Counted from the first letter of the stretch, positions 1-12,472 are shown. The stretch: 64,000 nt of DNA from Vitrella brassicaformis CCMP3155 (GCA_001179505.1 CDMY01000252.1:84044-148043), one strand, 5' to 3'. Program-made: numbers and translations. The notes: generated by a model not told the origin, from the letters alone.

Positions 1-943
1 GAAGGGGCTGCCCGGCGGGGGCTCGATGCCTGGCGGAGGGGGCGCCAGGAACGACGACGCACCTGAAGCGAGATCCGGTCAGATAGGTATATGCAGTGAG
101 TGTTTAGGTGAGTGAGAGCATGGAGATATGCTGTGTCGTGTTGGTACCGGCAGCACTGGCGGCGCCCACGCCCGCCAGCTGCTTGGATCTCTTGCTTGGT
201 CTCGGCTTGGCGCGTTTGTGTGCCGGCCCGTCCACATCGCCCGCCACGCTGCTCCCGCCGCCACCCACACTGCCACCCGCCGCACCAGCCACCAGGGATG
301 CAACCTGACCGAACCATCGACCACACGGACAGATGTGTGAGGGTCTGCACAAAGATCGTGTTCCTGTGTGCCGTGTTGGTCAGGTACTGACCTCGTCTCT
401 CTCCCTCTTGACTCCCTCCAGCGGCAGCATGCCCTCCTCTGGAGGTGCCTGCCGCCACTGCCCCAGCTCACGGTTGATGTTCTTCAACTTGTTTTGGTAG
501 AAGTGCAGCAGACTCGCCATCTTCTCGACCACGCGCAGCTTCTCCTCCTGGTGCGCCCGCTTGGTCATCTGCAACTCAGCGATGCGGCTGAGATCTTCTT
601 GCCGAAACGCTTGCCCCGTCTGATCCAAGTCACGCTTGGCGCGGCTCTTGTCGTCCTTTGTGTAGTCGCGGAGGGCGCTGAGGTACTCGTTCTGGGCCGT
701 TTCCAGCTGGTTGTTGACGATGTTGGCCTTGCGGTCAAGGTCTCTCACAAGCGCCAGGTTGCGCGTGATCCAGCCTGACACACAGCAAGAAGTGAATCCA
801 CAGCACATGTGTGTGTGTGTGTGGGATGGGTCGTCTGGACTGGCACGTGCAGGCACACCCTCACCTGGCAGCGGCGCCAGCTCCTCGATGAAGTTCTCAT
901 AGAGGTCTTGGGCTTCGTTCTGCGTTGCCGGCGACGAATACAT
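1..943 (-). CDS. ING (inhibitor of growth) family protein, N-terminal coiled-coil domain; gene runs off the left edge (PHD finger not in window)
   Basis: Spliced exons about 943-866, 773-391, 306-146, 64-1 give MYSSPATQNEAQDLYENFIEELAPLPGWITRNLALVRDLDRKA...EEKLRVVEKMASLLHFYQNKL. This matches the ING N-terminal pattern (YLE.Y...IE.LP..L.RN..L.RELD ... DEK) and is followed by a basic NLS-like stretch (HKRAKPRPSKRSK). Confidence 0.6.
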
Positions 944-1015
944 CGCTGCAAACTGATGAAACGCTTTAGATATGCAGCGGGGGAAGCGTTGGAAAGGAGA
1001 AGCTCTCTGCAAGCC

Positions 1016-1028
1016 AAGCTCGCAGCTT
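1016..1028 (-). promoter_or_regulatory. TGCGAGCTT motif (within AAGCTCGCAGCTT mini-palindrome) upstream of ING-like gene
   Basis: Exact 9-mer about 73 bp upstream of ATG 943. Confidence 0.6.
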
Positions 1029-1468
1029 GTCGCGAAAAAAACAGGAAAGAGTCCATGGTGATTTGGTGCACTTGTTGCCCCGGTTGCCAGTGTTGCCCTT
1101 TCTCGCCTCATGCAGCAAGCGTCACGAATCGAGTGCGCGATGGTCAGTCGTGTTTGAATGACGAGAGAGGCTCACGCAAAGCAGAGAGGCTACTCAAGTA
1201 CAGTACTCGCATCATGATTGTTCTGTCATCATTCTCCCTTGGCGAAGTCGGGCGGCCTGCTGCATGAACTGAATGAAACAAGTCAGTCAATAAACTGAGA
1301 GATGGATGGATGGTTCCAATCTCGTTCTTCCAGTCATGCGTGTATGCATATGGACCTCAATGGTCACCCCATATTACGTATAGGAGAAATGCACCAACCC
1401 GCCCACGTCACAGAACCGTACAACCCGCCCACCCACCCGCCCGCCCACACAAACAACCATCAAGTCAG

Positions 1469-2195
1469 TCAGCAGGGCTGCGGTGCGACCTCCAGCAGCG
1501 GCACACGCCAAGGAGGACGCACGTCAATGCGTCCTGGGGCCTTGGTGGTGCCTCTGGGTGTGTCCTTGCCCTCCTGAGAGGCTGCGTGTGCGGGTGCTGG
1601 CGCCAGCGTTCTCTGAGACCTTGTGGCAGCTCGTGTGTCCGGCTGAGGGGCGTCAGGGTCGTCATTGGACCTGTCGCCGAGGATACCCAGCGGTACGATG
1701 TCCTCTGGGACTTCAGCCTCCAGCAGCCTGCATTCATGTCATTGACACAACACGCCAGCCACAGCACAGCCATTGAGGGAGGAGGAAGGGACAGTCACCA
1801 CGGTGTTGTGATGCCTGTCTGTGTCTGTGCGTTCTGCGTATGTGCCTGTGAGCCTCTCTGTCCTCTCTCCGTGCTTACTGGGTATTCCACTCGCCAACGG
1901 CCCAAACCATCCACTCTCGGTGGTGGGCGGCTGACCGGTCGGCGTACTCCTTGGCCTTTCTCTTGAAGTCCGCCTTGTGGTCCTCGTGCACTCGGTTGGT
2001 GTCGCCGTCTAGCCAGCCCGCCATCTCCTTTATCTCGTCGTCGCTCAGGCGCTGAATGCTACACACGTACTTTAGCTCCCTCCACCGGTTCAGCCGCGCG
2101 AGGGCTGCACGGACACGGAGGTACTCGTCGTCCGGGTTGTACTCTCTCTCATTGATAAAGAAAGGCCGCGGTTCTGCGCTACACCAATGGCCCAT
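1469..2195 (-). CDS. Hypothetical protein (2 exons), N-terminus MGHWCS
   Basis: Exon 2195-1879, GTAAGC...TGCAG intron, exon 1727-1469 splice in frame (…GEWNTQ/LLEAEVPEDIVPLGILGD…QPC*). No family recognised. Confidence 0.6.
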
Positions 2196-2219
2196 TTCGC
2201 CTGTTCCCGTGTGGAGTCT

Positions 2220-2232
2220 AAGCTCGCAGCTT
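2220..2232. promoter_or_regulatory. TGCGAGCTT motif in 79-bp divergent spacer
   Basis: Identical 13-mer AAGCTCGCAGCTT to 1016-1028, between ATG 2195(-) and ATG 2275(+). Confidence 0.6.
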
Positions 2233-2274
2233 GGACGGATCGCCTCCTAGTGAGAGAGGCAAAACAGGGGAAGA

Positions 2275-3098
2275 ATGAGCTCATCTGCTGTAGATGCTGG
2301 TGCTGCAAATGTGGGTGCAGCTAAACCGGCGCCTCGCAGCTGCTGGCAACGCTTCCTCAAAGGGCGGGAACTGCATGTGAGCGGCGTCCGGGACACCAAG
2401 AGCCTTACCGAGGTGAGCAGGGGAGGGGCTCACAACACACACACCGCTGCATGAAGCACGATCATTCATCTGCGTGTCTGTTTTCTGCTGCTGCAGGATT
2501 TGGCCTCGTTCCTCCGGTCCCATGGGGTGACATCTGTGGTGATGAACGACAGCGGCTTGGCCCCTCTGACATTCATTCTGCGTCAGCTTGCCGGGTGTGA
2601 GGGCTGTGTTGAGAAGCTGAGCATCGACTGCTGGGGCGTGGCGTGGACCCCCACCCTGCAGGTGGCCTTCAAGGAGGCCTGTGACAGCAACCCGCACCTG
2701 ACCACACTCACTGTGCGGCTGCGGCTCAAAGGCCTGGAGATGGTGGAGATGCTCATGTGTGTGCCGGAAAAGGTCGAGGTGCTCGATATTGGCGACAACA
2801 TGTGAGGGGCCAAAAGGCGGCGCCACACAGCATGGTGGTCGAGGGTTCGTGGATTTCTGTGTGCGTGTGAGTGGTTGCAGGATGGACAAGTCGGTGATCC
2901 CCTTGCTGGTGGGGATGATAGGCCGGTGCCACCTGCAGACCCTGCTGATGGACAAGTGCGGCGTGGGCAACAACATCGACTGGCTCAATACGTTCTACCA
3001 GCAGCTTATCGAACTGCCACACATCGCTCTGGAGTGCCTAGAAGGTGCGTCTGTGCGTCCATGCCATTAAGGAGAGGGTGGACCTTCTCTCGTGTCCT

Positions 3099-3132
<34 letters not shown>

Positions 3133-6000
3133 GTCTGGATCTCTCTCTTGTGGCTGACCTTCCGATACCCGTCCGCAAGGCGCTCAAGAACCCCTCACGC
3201 GACAAAGGTGAGATGGCAGACGGCAAATGGATGCCGTCGTCATATTGCCTTTTCCTCCATCCATTGCTTGGTGCAGTTCGGCTGCCTGGTGCGGGTCGGA
3301 CTGACCGTTCTCGTGCCATGTCGATGTGGCCCAACGGCCCCTTCATCGACTACATCCGCAACAGGGCCTTCTCTGACATCGTCAAAGGTAGGGCACCCTG
3401 CACCATCCATCCACCCACACCCACTCATGCCGCTGATGCTGGTCTCGTGTATTTGTGTGGCGCTCAGGCCAGTCTGCACGCGTGTGGTGGCCGCCGACTG
3501 AAGATGAAGTGAGATGACAACACGCCACGATAAATCCATCCACCCACACACGGAGCCGCTGCATTTGTCTTTCTCCTGTCGGCCCTCTTGCGTGTGTCCG
3601 TGTAGGCCAAGACTGATTTTTCTGGTCGCTACTGGCCGGCCAAGGTGCTGCGATGCAACCCGGTGGACCTAGTCTTCACTGTGCAGGTCAGTCAGAACCA
3701 TGACACATCAAACAACACAGCCACCGCCACACATACAAGTGCAGCTCTCTCTCTCTCTGTGTGTGTATGTGTGTTGTCATGATGTGCGCAGTATGACAAC
3801 AGTGAGGTCGAGAACGTGACGGCCCGGGACATCCAGCCGCCCAGCCCCTACCACTACGGCTGCCACACGCCACCGGCGTCACGCATCCCCTTCCCATACG
3901 CCTCAGCCGAGCCAACACCCACACCCACGCCAGGCCCACGTCGCCCTAGCCCCGCCCCCGCCCCCAGCACCCCACGCGACGGGCAGTCGTGCTCGGCCGT
4001 ATGTGGTGCGAAGGCAGAGGCCATACCCATGACGGATGGCGAGAAATCGGCGGCGGCAGATGACGTTGAGATGACCCCTGCCGATGCGGGCCCTGCCAAC
4101 AAGAGAAAGGGCAATGAGGAGCTGCCCCCCCCAAAGGCGGCCAAGAAGCTGGCGAGGGAGGGGAGTGACTGCCCTGGGGCAGACGCGGAGAAGAGCCCCT
4201 CAGCAGCGGCCCCAGGCCCCAGTGAGACCGACACGGCCACACAAGACAGAGACACGCCCACTGCCGGCAAGGGCAGCCGCAGGATCAAGAGAAAGGCTCA
4301 GGGGAAATCCAAAAAGGGCAAACGAGACTCCCAGGCAGCCGACGGAACACCTGTGAGCGCGAGTGTGAGCCCTTCCGCTGCAGCTGCCGCCGGTGGTTGT
4401 GGTGGTGGTGGCTCTCCTGCTGCTGGTGCTGTTGCTAGGGGTGACATCTATGTGACTGACCGGGAGATCTATGGCGATGGCGGTGCTGTGGATGCGGTGG
4501 CGGTGCCGGCTGAGCTGGAGGGGTGCGTGCTGGCTATTGGGGAGTTCTGCGAGTTCAGAGACCCCGAGGAGTCCAGCGACCCTTCGGACTACTTCGGTGA
4601 GTAAACCACCAATGGGGAGCTGACCGTGTTAGTGCGCTCCGTGTGTATCTGTGTGTGTGCACAGGATATGTGGTGGGTATTCAGCGTCACGAGCCCATGT
4701 ACACCGTCCGCTATGTCTACTACGACGACCATGACGTGACCAATCCATCGCACCTCATTCACCGTATGCGTATGACATTTATGATGTGATGGATGACGCT
4801 CCCAGGTGGTCCCCGTCTCGTCGAAGGACATCCGCAGAGCCGCCATCATCCCTTATGTGCAGTGGCGGGACGCTCACCTCGACATAGTCTTCGCAAAGAA
4901 GCGCGGCGACCACCTCCTCGACAATGAGGCCTCATCGTCGCCAGCTGCTGCGGCTGCTGCGGCGGCGCGCCAGTCGACGAATGATCCAGCACCAGAGATG
5001 CCAATGTTCCTTCTGCGGCCTGTGGCCCGGCGTGTGTGCCGCGAGAGCTCTGCGCGCTACGTGCCGCCCAGTGTGCTGGACTTCAAGCACCTCTCGGCCG
5101 AGTGAGGGAGGGACGGGGAGGGAGAAGGGAGAAGGGGCGGCGGGGGAAATGCTCTCTGTGTAACGATGCCATCCATATTGAGGTGTCTGTCTGTCTGTGT
5201 GGGTATCAATCAGGGTGTTTGGTCAGTGGCTGTATCGGCAGAGTCTCCACGAGCATCCGAGGCTCACCGACACCGCACGTAGGACAGACAGAGCGGACGA
5301 ACGGCAAAAACTTCTCTCTCTCTTTTCTGTCTGTCCCTCAAACAGACAGGGCCCGTCTGCATCAGAAGAGCAAAGATGAGCTGGTGGACGAGGTCGAGCG
5401 CCTGCAGAGCCAAGTCGCCATTCTCTCACAGAAGGTACCTACCTGACCTGGCTGGCTGATGACAGATACCACACACCACACACCACACACACCACACACA
5501 CCACACACACTCAGCAAACAAACAGGGGAGGGAGGAGAGTGCCGTGTCCGTCTCTCTGGGTGCTTGGCTTGTGTGGTGTGCTACAAGAACCACAAGCGCG
5601 TGGCGACAGACACGGAGGTGTCGAAGCTGCGTCGGCAAGTGGAGGAGTACCACAGCCAGATACAGACACTGCAGTCGGACCTCCGCTGCATGATCTGCTG
5701 CGAACGGCGCTTCCACTGCGTCCTCAAGCCCTGCTTGCACTTCCAGTTCTGCTCGCAGTAAGTACGCAGCCAGGGGACAGCCACAGCCACTTCACATGCA
5801 CCATGGGGGCAGAGAGTGTGTCTCTGTGTGTTTGTGTGGATGCGTCAATCAGGTGTGCGCAGCAGACCAAGAAGTGTCCGTTGTGTCGCGGGACCATCAC
5901 GGGGGTCATCACGCTGAAGCTGCCCGACGAGGACGCCTGTGACAAGTCCCCAGATGCAGCTGCAGCAGGGGAGGGCAGGGGACATCATCATGACGACTGA
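2275..6000 (+). CDS. Multi-domain protein: LRR/RNI-like N-terminus, two Tudor/Agenet-like domains, coiled coil, C-terminal C3HC4 RING (putative E3 ligase)
   Basis: About 13 exons with canonical splice sites. LRR-like VEKLSIDC/LTTLTVRL/VEVLDIGDN/LQTLLMDKC. Tudor-like GQSARVWWP…YWPAKVLRCNPVDLVFTVQYDNSEVENVTARDI and IGEFCEFRD…YFGYVVGI…YTVRYVYYDD. RING CMICCERRFHCVLKPCLHFQFCSQCAQQTKKCPLCR. Confidence 0.7.
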
Positions 6001-6615
6001 GAGAGTTGCTGAGAGACTGATGGATCGATGGATGGTATCTGACGGTTGAAAGCCTTGTTCACTCAATGCGCATTATCACACACATACACGGAGAGTCTCT
6101 CCCCGGTGCTCTCACTCTCTCTCTCTTTCGAGGCGTCATAATGCTAGTGTGGCATTTCCTGCCTGCCTGTTGCTCCGGCCGTCGCTGAAGAGGCTGCATT
6201 TGGCTTCCCACCGCATCGCCGATGAGCCGTCAAACACAGCCGCACCAGCGCACGTCAGAGCAACACGCAGACCAAAGACCCCTTCCGCGAACACACGTAC
6301 TGTCTGTCTGCAAGGCACCTGGCCTGGCAAACAAGTATATGTGTAGACAGCTATGCAACGCCACCATTGTCTGTCGCGCGGTGGGTGTGCTTCCTCCTCC
6401 CTCTCGAACGTATCCTCTTCTCAAGTGTCTGCTCGTGAAGAAGACACGTTCGAGTGGGAGGACCCAGCCCACACCAACGAACGGGTCGCGAGAAAAAGTG
6501 TCACATGAGGCCAACAAAACTTGCACAAATAGCATCCACACACAGCTCTCTCTTGTCTCCAGCACTAGCAGCTGGCTCACTGACCCACAACAGCACACCA
6601 CAAGCCAAGCGACAC

Positions 6616-7569
6616 TCACACAGCCACCAGCTCGCCCTGTTTCGCTCTCTCCAGCCATGAGGGCTTGACGTCGGCCGCCGCCAGCTCAGCCCGCATCTTG
6701 TCGATGGTCTCCTTGTAGTCGGGAGTGCCGAATATGGCCGACCCCGCCACAAACATGTCTGCCCCCGACTGCGCCACCTCCCGGATGTTGGCAGGACCCA
6801 CACCGCCATCGATCTCCAGCCGGATGGACCGCCCGCTCTTGTCGATGATCTCCCTGGCCTCTCTCAGCTTGTCGAGCGTGTAGCCAATGAACTTCTGTCC
6901 ACCGAAACCGGGGTTGACCGACATGAGCAGCACGATGTCCACCTTGTCGATGGCGTACTTGAGCCAGTCGAGGGGCGTCGCGGGGTTGAACACCAAACCG
7001 GCCTTCAGCCCCGCATCCTTGATGACGCTGAGGGTGCGGTCGGGATGGTGGCTGGCCTCTGGGTGAAAGGTGATGTACGACGCCCCCGCCTTGATGAAGT
7101 CGCCCACAAGCTGGTCCACAGGCGTCACCATCAGGTGCACGTCGATAGGCGCCGTGACGCCGTGCTTGCGCAGCGCGTCGCACACCAGCGGGCCGATCGT
7201 CAGGTTGGGCACATAGTGGTTGTCCATCACGTCGAAGTGCACCGTGTCGGCCCCGGACACAAGCACGTTGTCCACCTCCTCTCCGAGCTTGGCGAAGTTG
7301 GCAGACAGGATCGATGGCGCGATAGTGAAGCCGTCTGTGTGGGGGTAGCCGTCGTCCACCGCCATCCGCAGCTGCGTGTGGTGGGTGCGGCCGCGTCGAA
7401 GGCGGTTTGTCTGCGCCATGCTGCTGGCGGGGCTGCATCGCGTGGGTGCGGTGACGAAGCCTTCGCTCGCCTCGAGGGACGGCACGACGACCAAGAGAGA
7501 AAGGGTGTCGTCATCGGCAGCGGCGATGGCTGCGAGCAGAGCAAGGGAGATGGCGAAGGCCCGAATCAT
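6616..7569 (-). CDS. rpe: Ribulose-phosphate 3-epimerase with bipartite (signal + transit) plastid leader; intronless
   Basis: [58 protein letters not shown] are RPE motifs. N-terminal [18 protein letters not shown] is a signal peptide, followed by ..ASEGFV and an S/T/R-rich transit region. Confidence 0.95.
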   Translation of the reverse strand: MIRAFAISLALLAAIAAADDDTLSLLVVVPSLEASEGFVTAPTRCSPASSMAQTNRLRRGRTHHTQLRMAVDDGYPHTDGFTIAPSILSANFAKLGEEVDNVLVSGADTVHFDVMDNHYVPNLTIGPLVCDALRKHGVTAPIDVHLMVTPVDQLVGDFIKAGASYITFHPEASHHPDRTLSVIKDAGLKAGLVFNPATPLDWLKYAIDKVDIVLLMSVNPGFGGQKFIGYTLDKLREAREIIDKSGRSIRLEIDGGVGPANIREVAQSGADMFVAGSAIFGTPDYKETIDKMRAELAAADVKPSWLERAKQGELVAV

Positions 7570-7683
7570 TGCGGTGCGCGCTGAAAATCAAAGTGCTGCC
7601 TGCTGACGTCCCGAGTGCTTGGGAAGGACAGCAGCCTCGGAAAGCAACCAGATCTGATGCGGGCTGAAAGATCTGCCTTCAGT

Positions 7684-7692
7684 TGCGAGCTT
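7684..7692 (+). promoter_or_regulatory. TGCGAGCTT motif, RPE/AGPS spacer
   Basis: Exact 9-mer about 33 bp upstream of the AGPS ATG. Confidence 0.6.
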
Positions 7693-7724
7693 GGCTTCGA
7701 GGGAGGGCGGCTGCAGAACAGAGA

Positions 7725-10065
7725 ATGGCTACCACACCCAGCACTGCACCACCAGTGCGGTCATCCACTGCGCCGCGAGAGCGCCTGGCCCGCATTTCAT
7801 CGCACGTTGATGGCAAAGCAGCGTCTTCTTCATCGGATTCCGCCAACCGGAGTAGCAGCGGTAGCAGTAGCAGCAGCACTGGCTCTTCCCTCGCCGGGCG
7901 GCGCGCCCTGCAGCATCTCAAGTGGAATGGCTGGGGCTTCAAGGACACCCGGCTGCGGCTGAATGCAGCCTCAGGGCTGATAGAGCTGACTGGCAACCGG
8001 TACCTCTTCTCGGGCCACGTGCTGCCGGACATCCGTAAGTTCGGCGAGGAGGACGGGGGCATGACCTTCGACAGGAGGCTCAACACCGACACGCCAGTGC
8101 AGGTGCCCCAGCCCACCGTCAACAAGCCGTTTGTGGCGGCGATTCGCGAGCAGCTGCCCGCCCTGGCCGTGGACCATGGGAGTAATGATAATGAGAGGAG
8201 AAGCAGTGATGCCGAGGACGCAGCGGTAGCTGAGGCAGAGTCGCCACCCCCGCGGCTGTCATTCGACATCGATGAGCGTCTGTTCCACAGCCATGGCCAT
8301 ACCCTGCAGGAGCTGTGGGTGCTCAAGACGTCCTCCGGCCCTCTACAGCGCACTGTCGACGCCGTCCTGTACCCCTCCTGCCATGCAGACGTCGAGAAGG
8401 CCGTCGCGGCCGCCACCGCCCACAACGTGGCCCTCATCCCATTCGGCGGGGGCACCAGCGTGACGTGCGCCCTCCTCCCGCCCGCAGAGGAGAGCCGCAT
8501 GGTTGTGTCGGTGGACCTGACGACGATGGCACGTGTGCTGTGGGTGGACAGGGAGAACGGCGTGGTGTGTGTGGAGGCGGGGGCGAGGGGCGCGGCGCTA
8601 GAGGAGGAGCTGGGTCGGTATGGCCTGACCCTGGGCCACGAGCCGGACAGCTGGGAGTTCAGCACGGTGGGCGGCTGGGTGGCCACCCGCTGCTCGGGAA
8701 TGAAGAAGAACACCTACGGCAACATCGAGGACCTCCTCGTCGATGTCACATGTGTCACGCCCACCGGCACTTTCACCCTGCGCAACCCTCCCCCCTCCCC
8801 TCCACCCACCGACACACCGGCACCGGCCGCCCCCCTCACAGGCCAGTGGCCGCGCATTTCCTCTGGCCCTGACTGGCGTGAGGTCATCCTAGGGTCGGAG
8901 GGGACGCTCGGGGTCGTCACGCAGGCCGTGCTGCGAGTGCGGCCCAAGCCGCGGGTGCAGCACTTCACCTCGCTGATCTTCCCCGACTTCGACAGCGGCG
9001 TGGGCTGCCTCAAGGAGCTGGCCGACCGGCAGATCTGGCCCACGTCCATCCGCCTGATGGACAACAGGCAGTTCCGGTTCGGCCTCTCGCTCAAGCCGAC
9101 CTCTGGGGGCCTCGCGCGGCAGGCCAAGGAGGCATTGGCCAAGTTCTACCTGCTGAGAGTGCGGGGGTTCGACCCGTATCGGCTGGTGGCGGCGACGGTG
9201 CTGCTGGAGGGAGATGAGGGCCACGTCAAGTACGTCGGCGGGGCGACGAGGGAGATCGCACGGAGGTGGGGCGCAGTGGAGGCGGGGGAGGAGGCCGGCA
9301 GGCTGGGATACTTCCTGTAAGCTTCCTGGGGGGCCTGGGGGAGGGAGGGAGGGAGAACTGACCAGCTCAGCTGCTGATGCGTGGGCTGTATTCGTCCATG
9401 TGTGTGTGTGTGTGTGTTCAGGACGTTCATGATAGCGTACATCCGCGACTTTTGCTTCGAGTACGGCTTCTTCGCAGAGAGCTTCGGTACCTTCCCCCCC
9501 CCCCCCCACACAGACAGAGAGAGAGAGAGAGAGCCAGCCTCTGCGCTTTTGTGTGTGTATGTTGTCTCCTGCTCAGAGACGGCGGTGCCGTGGTCGCGTA
9601 TAAGCGCGTGTCGCGAGGCGGTGGAGGCTCAGATCCGGGCCGACTGCGCCAGGCTGGGTGTGCGCGGCGAGCCGTTCGTGACGTGCCGCATCTCGCAGAT
9701 CTACGACCAGGGCGTCTGCATGTACTTCTACTTCGGATTCAACTTCATCCGGCTGCCGGTACGCCGCACACACACACACACGACCAGCCATCCACCCCTC
9801 CCTCCCACCCCCGTGTGTGGTGTGTCAGGAGGGTGTTGACGCGATGGCGGTGTATTCTGAGGTGGAGGATCGTGCGAGGCAGGCGATTCTGTGGGCGGGG
9901 GGCTCGGTGTCGCACCACCACGGGGTGGGCAAGATAAGGCGGCAGTACCTGGCCCCCACGGTGTCGGGCACTGGGCTGCGGATGCTGCGGGCCGTCAAGA
10001 CGGCCGTCGACCCCAACAACACATTCGCAAATGGGGCGCTAGACCCTGACTCCTCGGCGTCTTAG
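7725..10065 (+). CDS. AGPS: Alkyldihydroxyacetonephosphate synthase (ether lipid synthesis, FAD-linked), with PTS2-like motif
   Basis: LKWNGWG, HGHTLQE, IPFGGGTSV, GHEPDSWEFSTVGGWVATRCSGMKKNTYGNIEDL, PRISSGPD, GSEGTLGV, ESFETAVPW, SHHHGVGK. Four exons (7725-9316, 9422-9487, about 9577-9758, about 9829-10065). Confidence 0.93.
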
Positions 10066-11483
10066 TGTGAAGGAACTGATGTTTTGACCGGTTTTGTCCT
10101 TGTCCCGCCCGTCCTCTTATGTGTAGTTGACGTCAGGAATTCGCCGGCAGTGCGTGACGTGACAGTGTGGCTGTGTGGCTGTACAGCTGGTAGTGTGTGT
10201 GTGTGTGTGTGCCTGTCGGGGGAAGCCGCTGGCGTGTGCAGACGAACATGTGCATGTTTGTACACAGTTGAATGAGTGAGAATTAGCATGTATGTCTGAC
10301 ATCGGGTCTCGTGAAGAAGTGCAAGCCGAGTCCGCACCCACACCCACCCACCCACCCACATCCACAACCCATCCATCCACACCCGCAAACTGTGTGTACG
10401 TGTCCCGCCCAAGCGGTCGAGGCCCTGGTGGTACTGCAGCGTCTGACGTGTAGGCCGACAGACACTGCCGTCGCACCATCGCCCCGAAAGGAGGGAGGAG
10501 ACACAACACAACACAGCACGGCACAAGACAGCAGAGCGCATCCGTCATCACAATTAATGCCCACCTTCCTCTCACAGACAGATAACATCACCCCTCCCTG
10601 TCCGTCGACAGCTGCCTCTCGGTGCTCGCTTCGTCCCTTGCATCTCTACCCGAGTAGGGAACCGTCTGTTTGCGTGAAGACCAAACAGGCGGTGGCCTAC
10701 GCGGCAGCACTCGCAAACAACGAAGCAAGCACCAATCAGCTGCAAAACCAATCAAGTCAGTCAGTTGCCCTCAGTCTCTGCAGCCAGTCGTGACTGAGGC
10801 AGGCAGGCCAGCGGGCTGTTCTCCCTGCCGTGGACAGTCGCCTCACCTGGCGCATCGTCACGAAGTCGCCGTCAGCGCCGTGTAACGTGCCGGCCAACCA
10901 CGTGACGATCTCACCACAGAGACGAATGCCACACCAACAGCAAAAAACCACCCATCATGCTCTCTTTTGTATCTTGCCCACAAGTACCGTACACACATGG
11001 CCAGAGAAAGATCGATCCGCAAGGCACGAAGAAACACGCTTGAGAAAGAGAAAGATCGGGCGGCAGCCTGCAGGGCAGGAAGGGGCCGGCATCAGTCGGT
11101 GTGACGCCATGCCTCCCTTCCCATCATGCCTGTCCATCCCCCCTCCATCCATCCATCCATCAGGCAAACGGCGACTCGGCTATCGAAAAAGAGCCGCACA
11201 CACACATGGTCTCGTCATCGTCAGTCATAGATTCATCAGCTCGTCTCGTCAGTCTCTCTTAGAGGCACGAAAAACTTTGGGTGGCGACACTATCGACACG
11301 CACAGCAGGCACAGCACACGCCATGTAGAGCGACCGAAAAAGGCCTATGGGCACGAGAAGGAGGAGAGCCAAGCCGAGCTGGCTGTCAACCAGGCAGGCG
11401 CGACCCTCTCCCCCACTGCGCACACGCACACACGTACAGGTACAGGTACAGGTACACTGAAGGCTCCCTCCTCCTTCAAGCCT

Positions 11484-12472
11484 TCAATGGATCTCCACTT
11501 TGCGGGCCTTGCCCTGCTCGGGGGCGGTCTTGGCAAAGGTGATAGTCAGCACGCCGTCCTGCACACCACATCAAACACACACAGCGAGAGAAAACGATAT
11601 ATGCAGATGTATGTGTGTGTGTGTGTGTGTGTGTGGCCATCCATCCATCCATCCCTGTGATGGTGCACCCACCTCAAAGGAGGCCTTTGGGTCCTCCGTG
11701 TTCGCGTTGCCGGGCAGGGACAGCTTGCGCTCGAACGTGCCGACGGCCCGTTCGCGCAGGTGGTAGGTGGCCTCCTCCTTGGCGGCCTTTTCGCTGACCT
11801 CCTTGGCGGCCTCCTTGCCCTCGACCTCAGCGGTCTCGGGCACATCGCGCGACCACCTGCGCTCGCCGCTGATGGTGAGCACCTTGCCGCCCTCCTCGTC
11901 TGTGATGGATACCTTCACGTCACCTGCAGGGCACCGAATGGCCGACAATGGGTGGGTGAGGGTCGGTTGCGGTGTCTGGAGTGTGTCTGTGTGTGAGCCG
12001 ACTCGCCTTTTTTGACGCCCGGGCAGTCGACGGTGACGATGTACTCCTTGTGTGTCTCCTGGACGTCAACGCTCCCCACTGCACACACACGTTAAGCACA
12101 CAGACCACACAAAGTCAGCCGTGAGTGAGACACCACCAGCCATCACACCGCCTCGCCCCATCCACTTCACTCACTCATCGGCTTGGGCGGCACCAGCCTG
12201 GTGATAGCGGGATCACTGAACACGCGGGAGAAGAACTCGCCGCCGATGTCCTTGTCGAACCGCTTGATCAGCTGACTCATCTCGTCGCCAAGCATCGCCA
12301 AAGGGTGGTGGACATCCCGGGGATGGTGGAAGGGACGCAGATCCCCGCGGAAGTACCGTGCCTGGCCGCACTGTGCCAGCCCGTTGAGGCGCGACGCGAT
12401 GCTGGACAGCACAGCGGGGTTGTTCAACGCTCCGAGGAGCGACTTGCTGGCAATCTGCACCGTCAGCGACAT
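11484..12472 (-). CDS. HSP20: Small heat-shock protein (HSP20/alpha-crystallin), probably mitochondrial
   Basis: Spliced product contains SVDVQETHKEYIVTVDCPGVKKGDVKVSI…LTISGER…ERAVGTFERKLSLP…ASFEDGVLTITF. The N-terminus lacks acidic residues and ends in an R-3-like QARYF. Confidence 0.88.

Noticed and set aside
6616-7569. RPE or the Pkn2-type kinase as bacterial contamination
   Set aside because: RPE has a eukaryotic bipartite leader and host-like codon usage and is contiguous with intron-containing neighbours. The kinase has many spliceosomal introns.
6686-9509. Long antisense and alternate-frame ORFs over RPE and AGPS (e.g. 7679-8713)
   Set aside because: Shadow ORFs from GC3-rich codon usage of the real genes.
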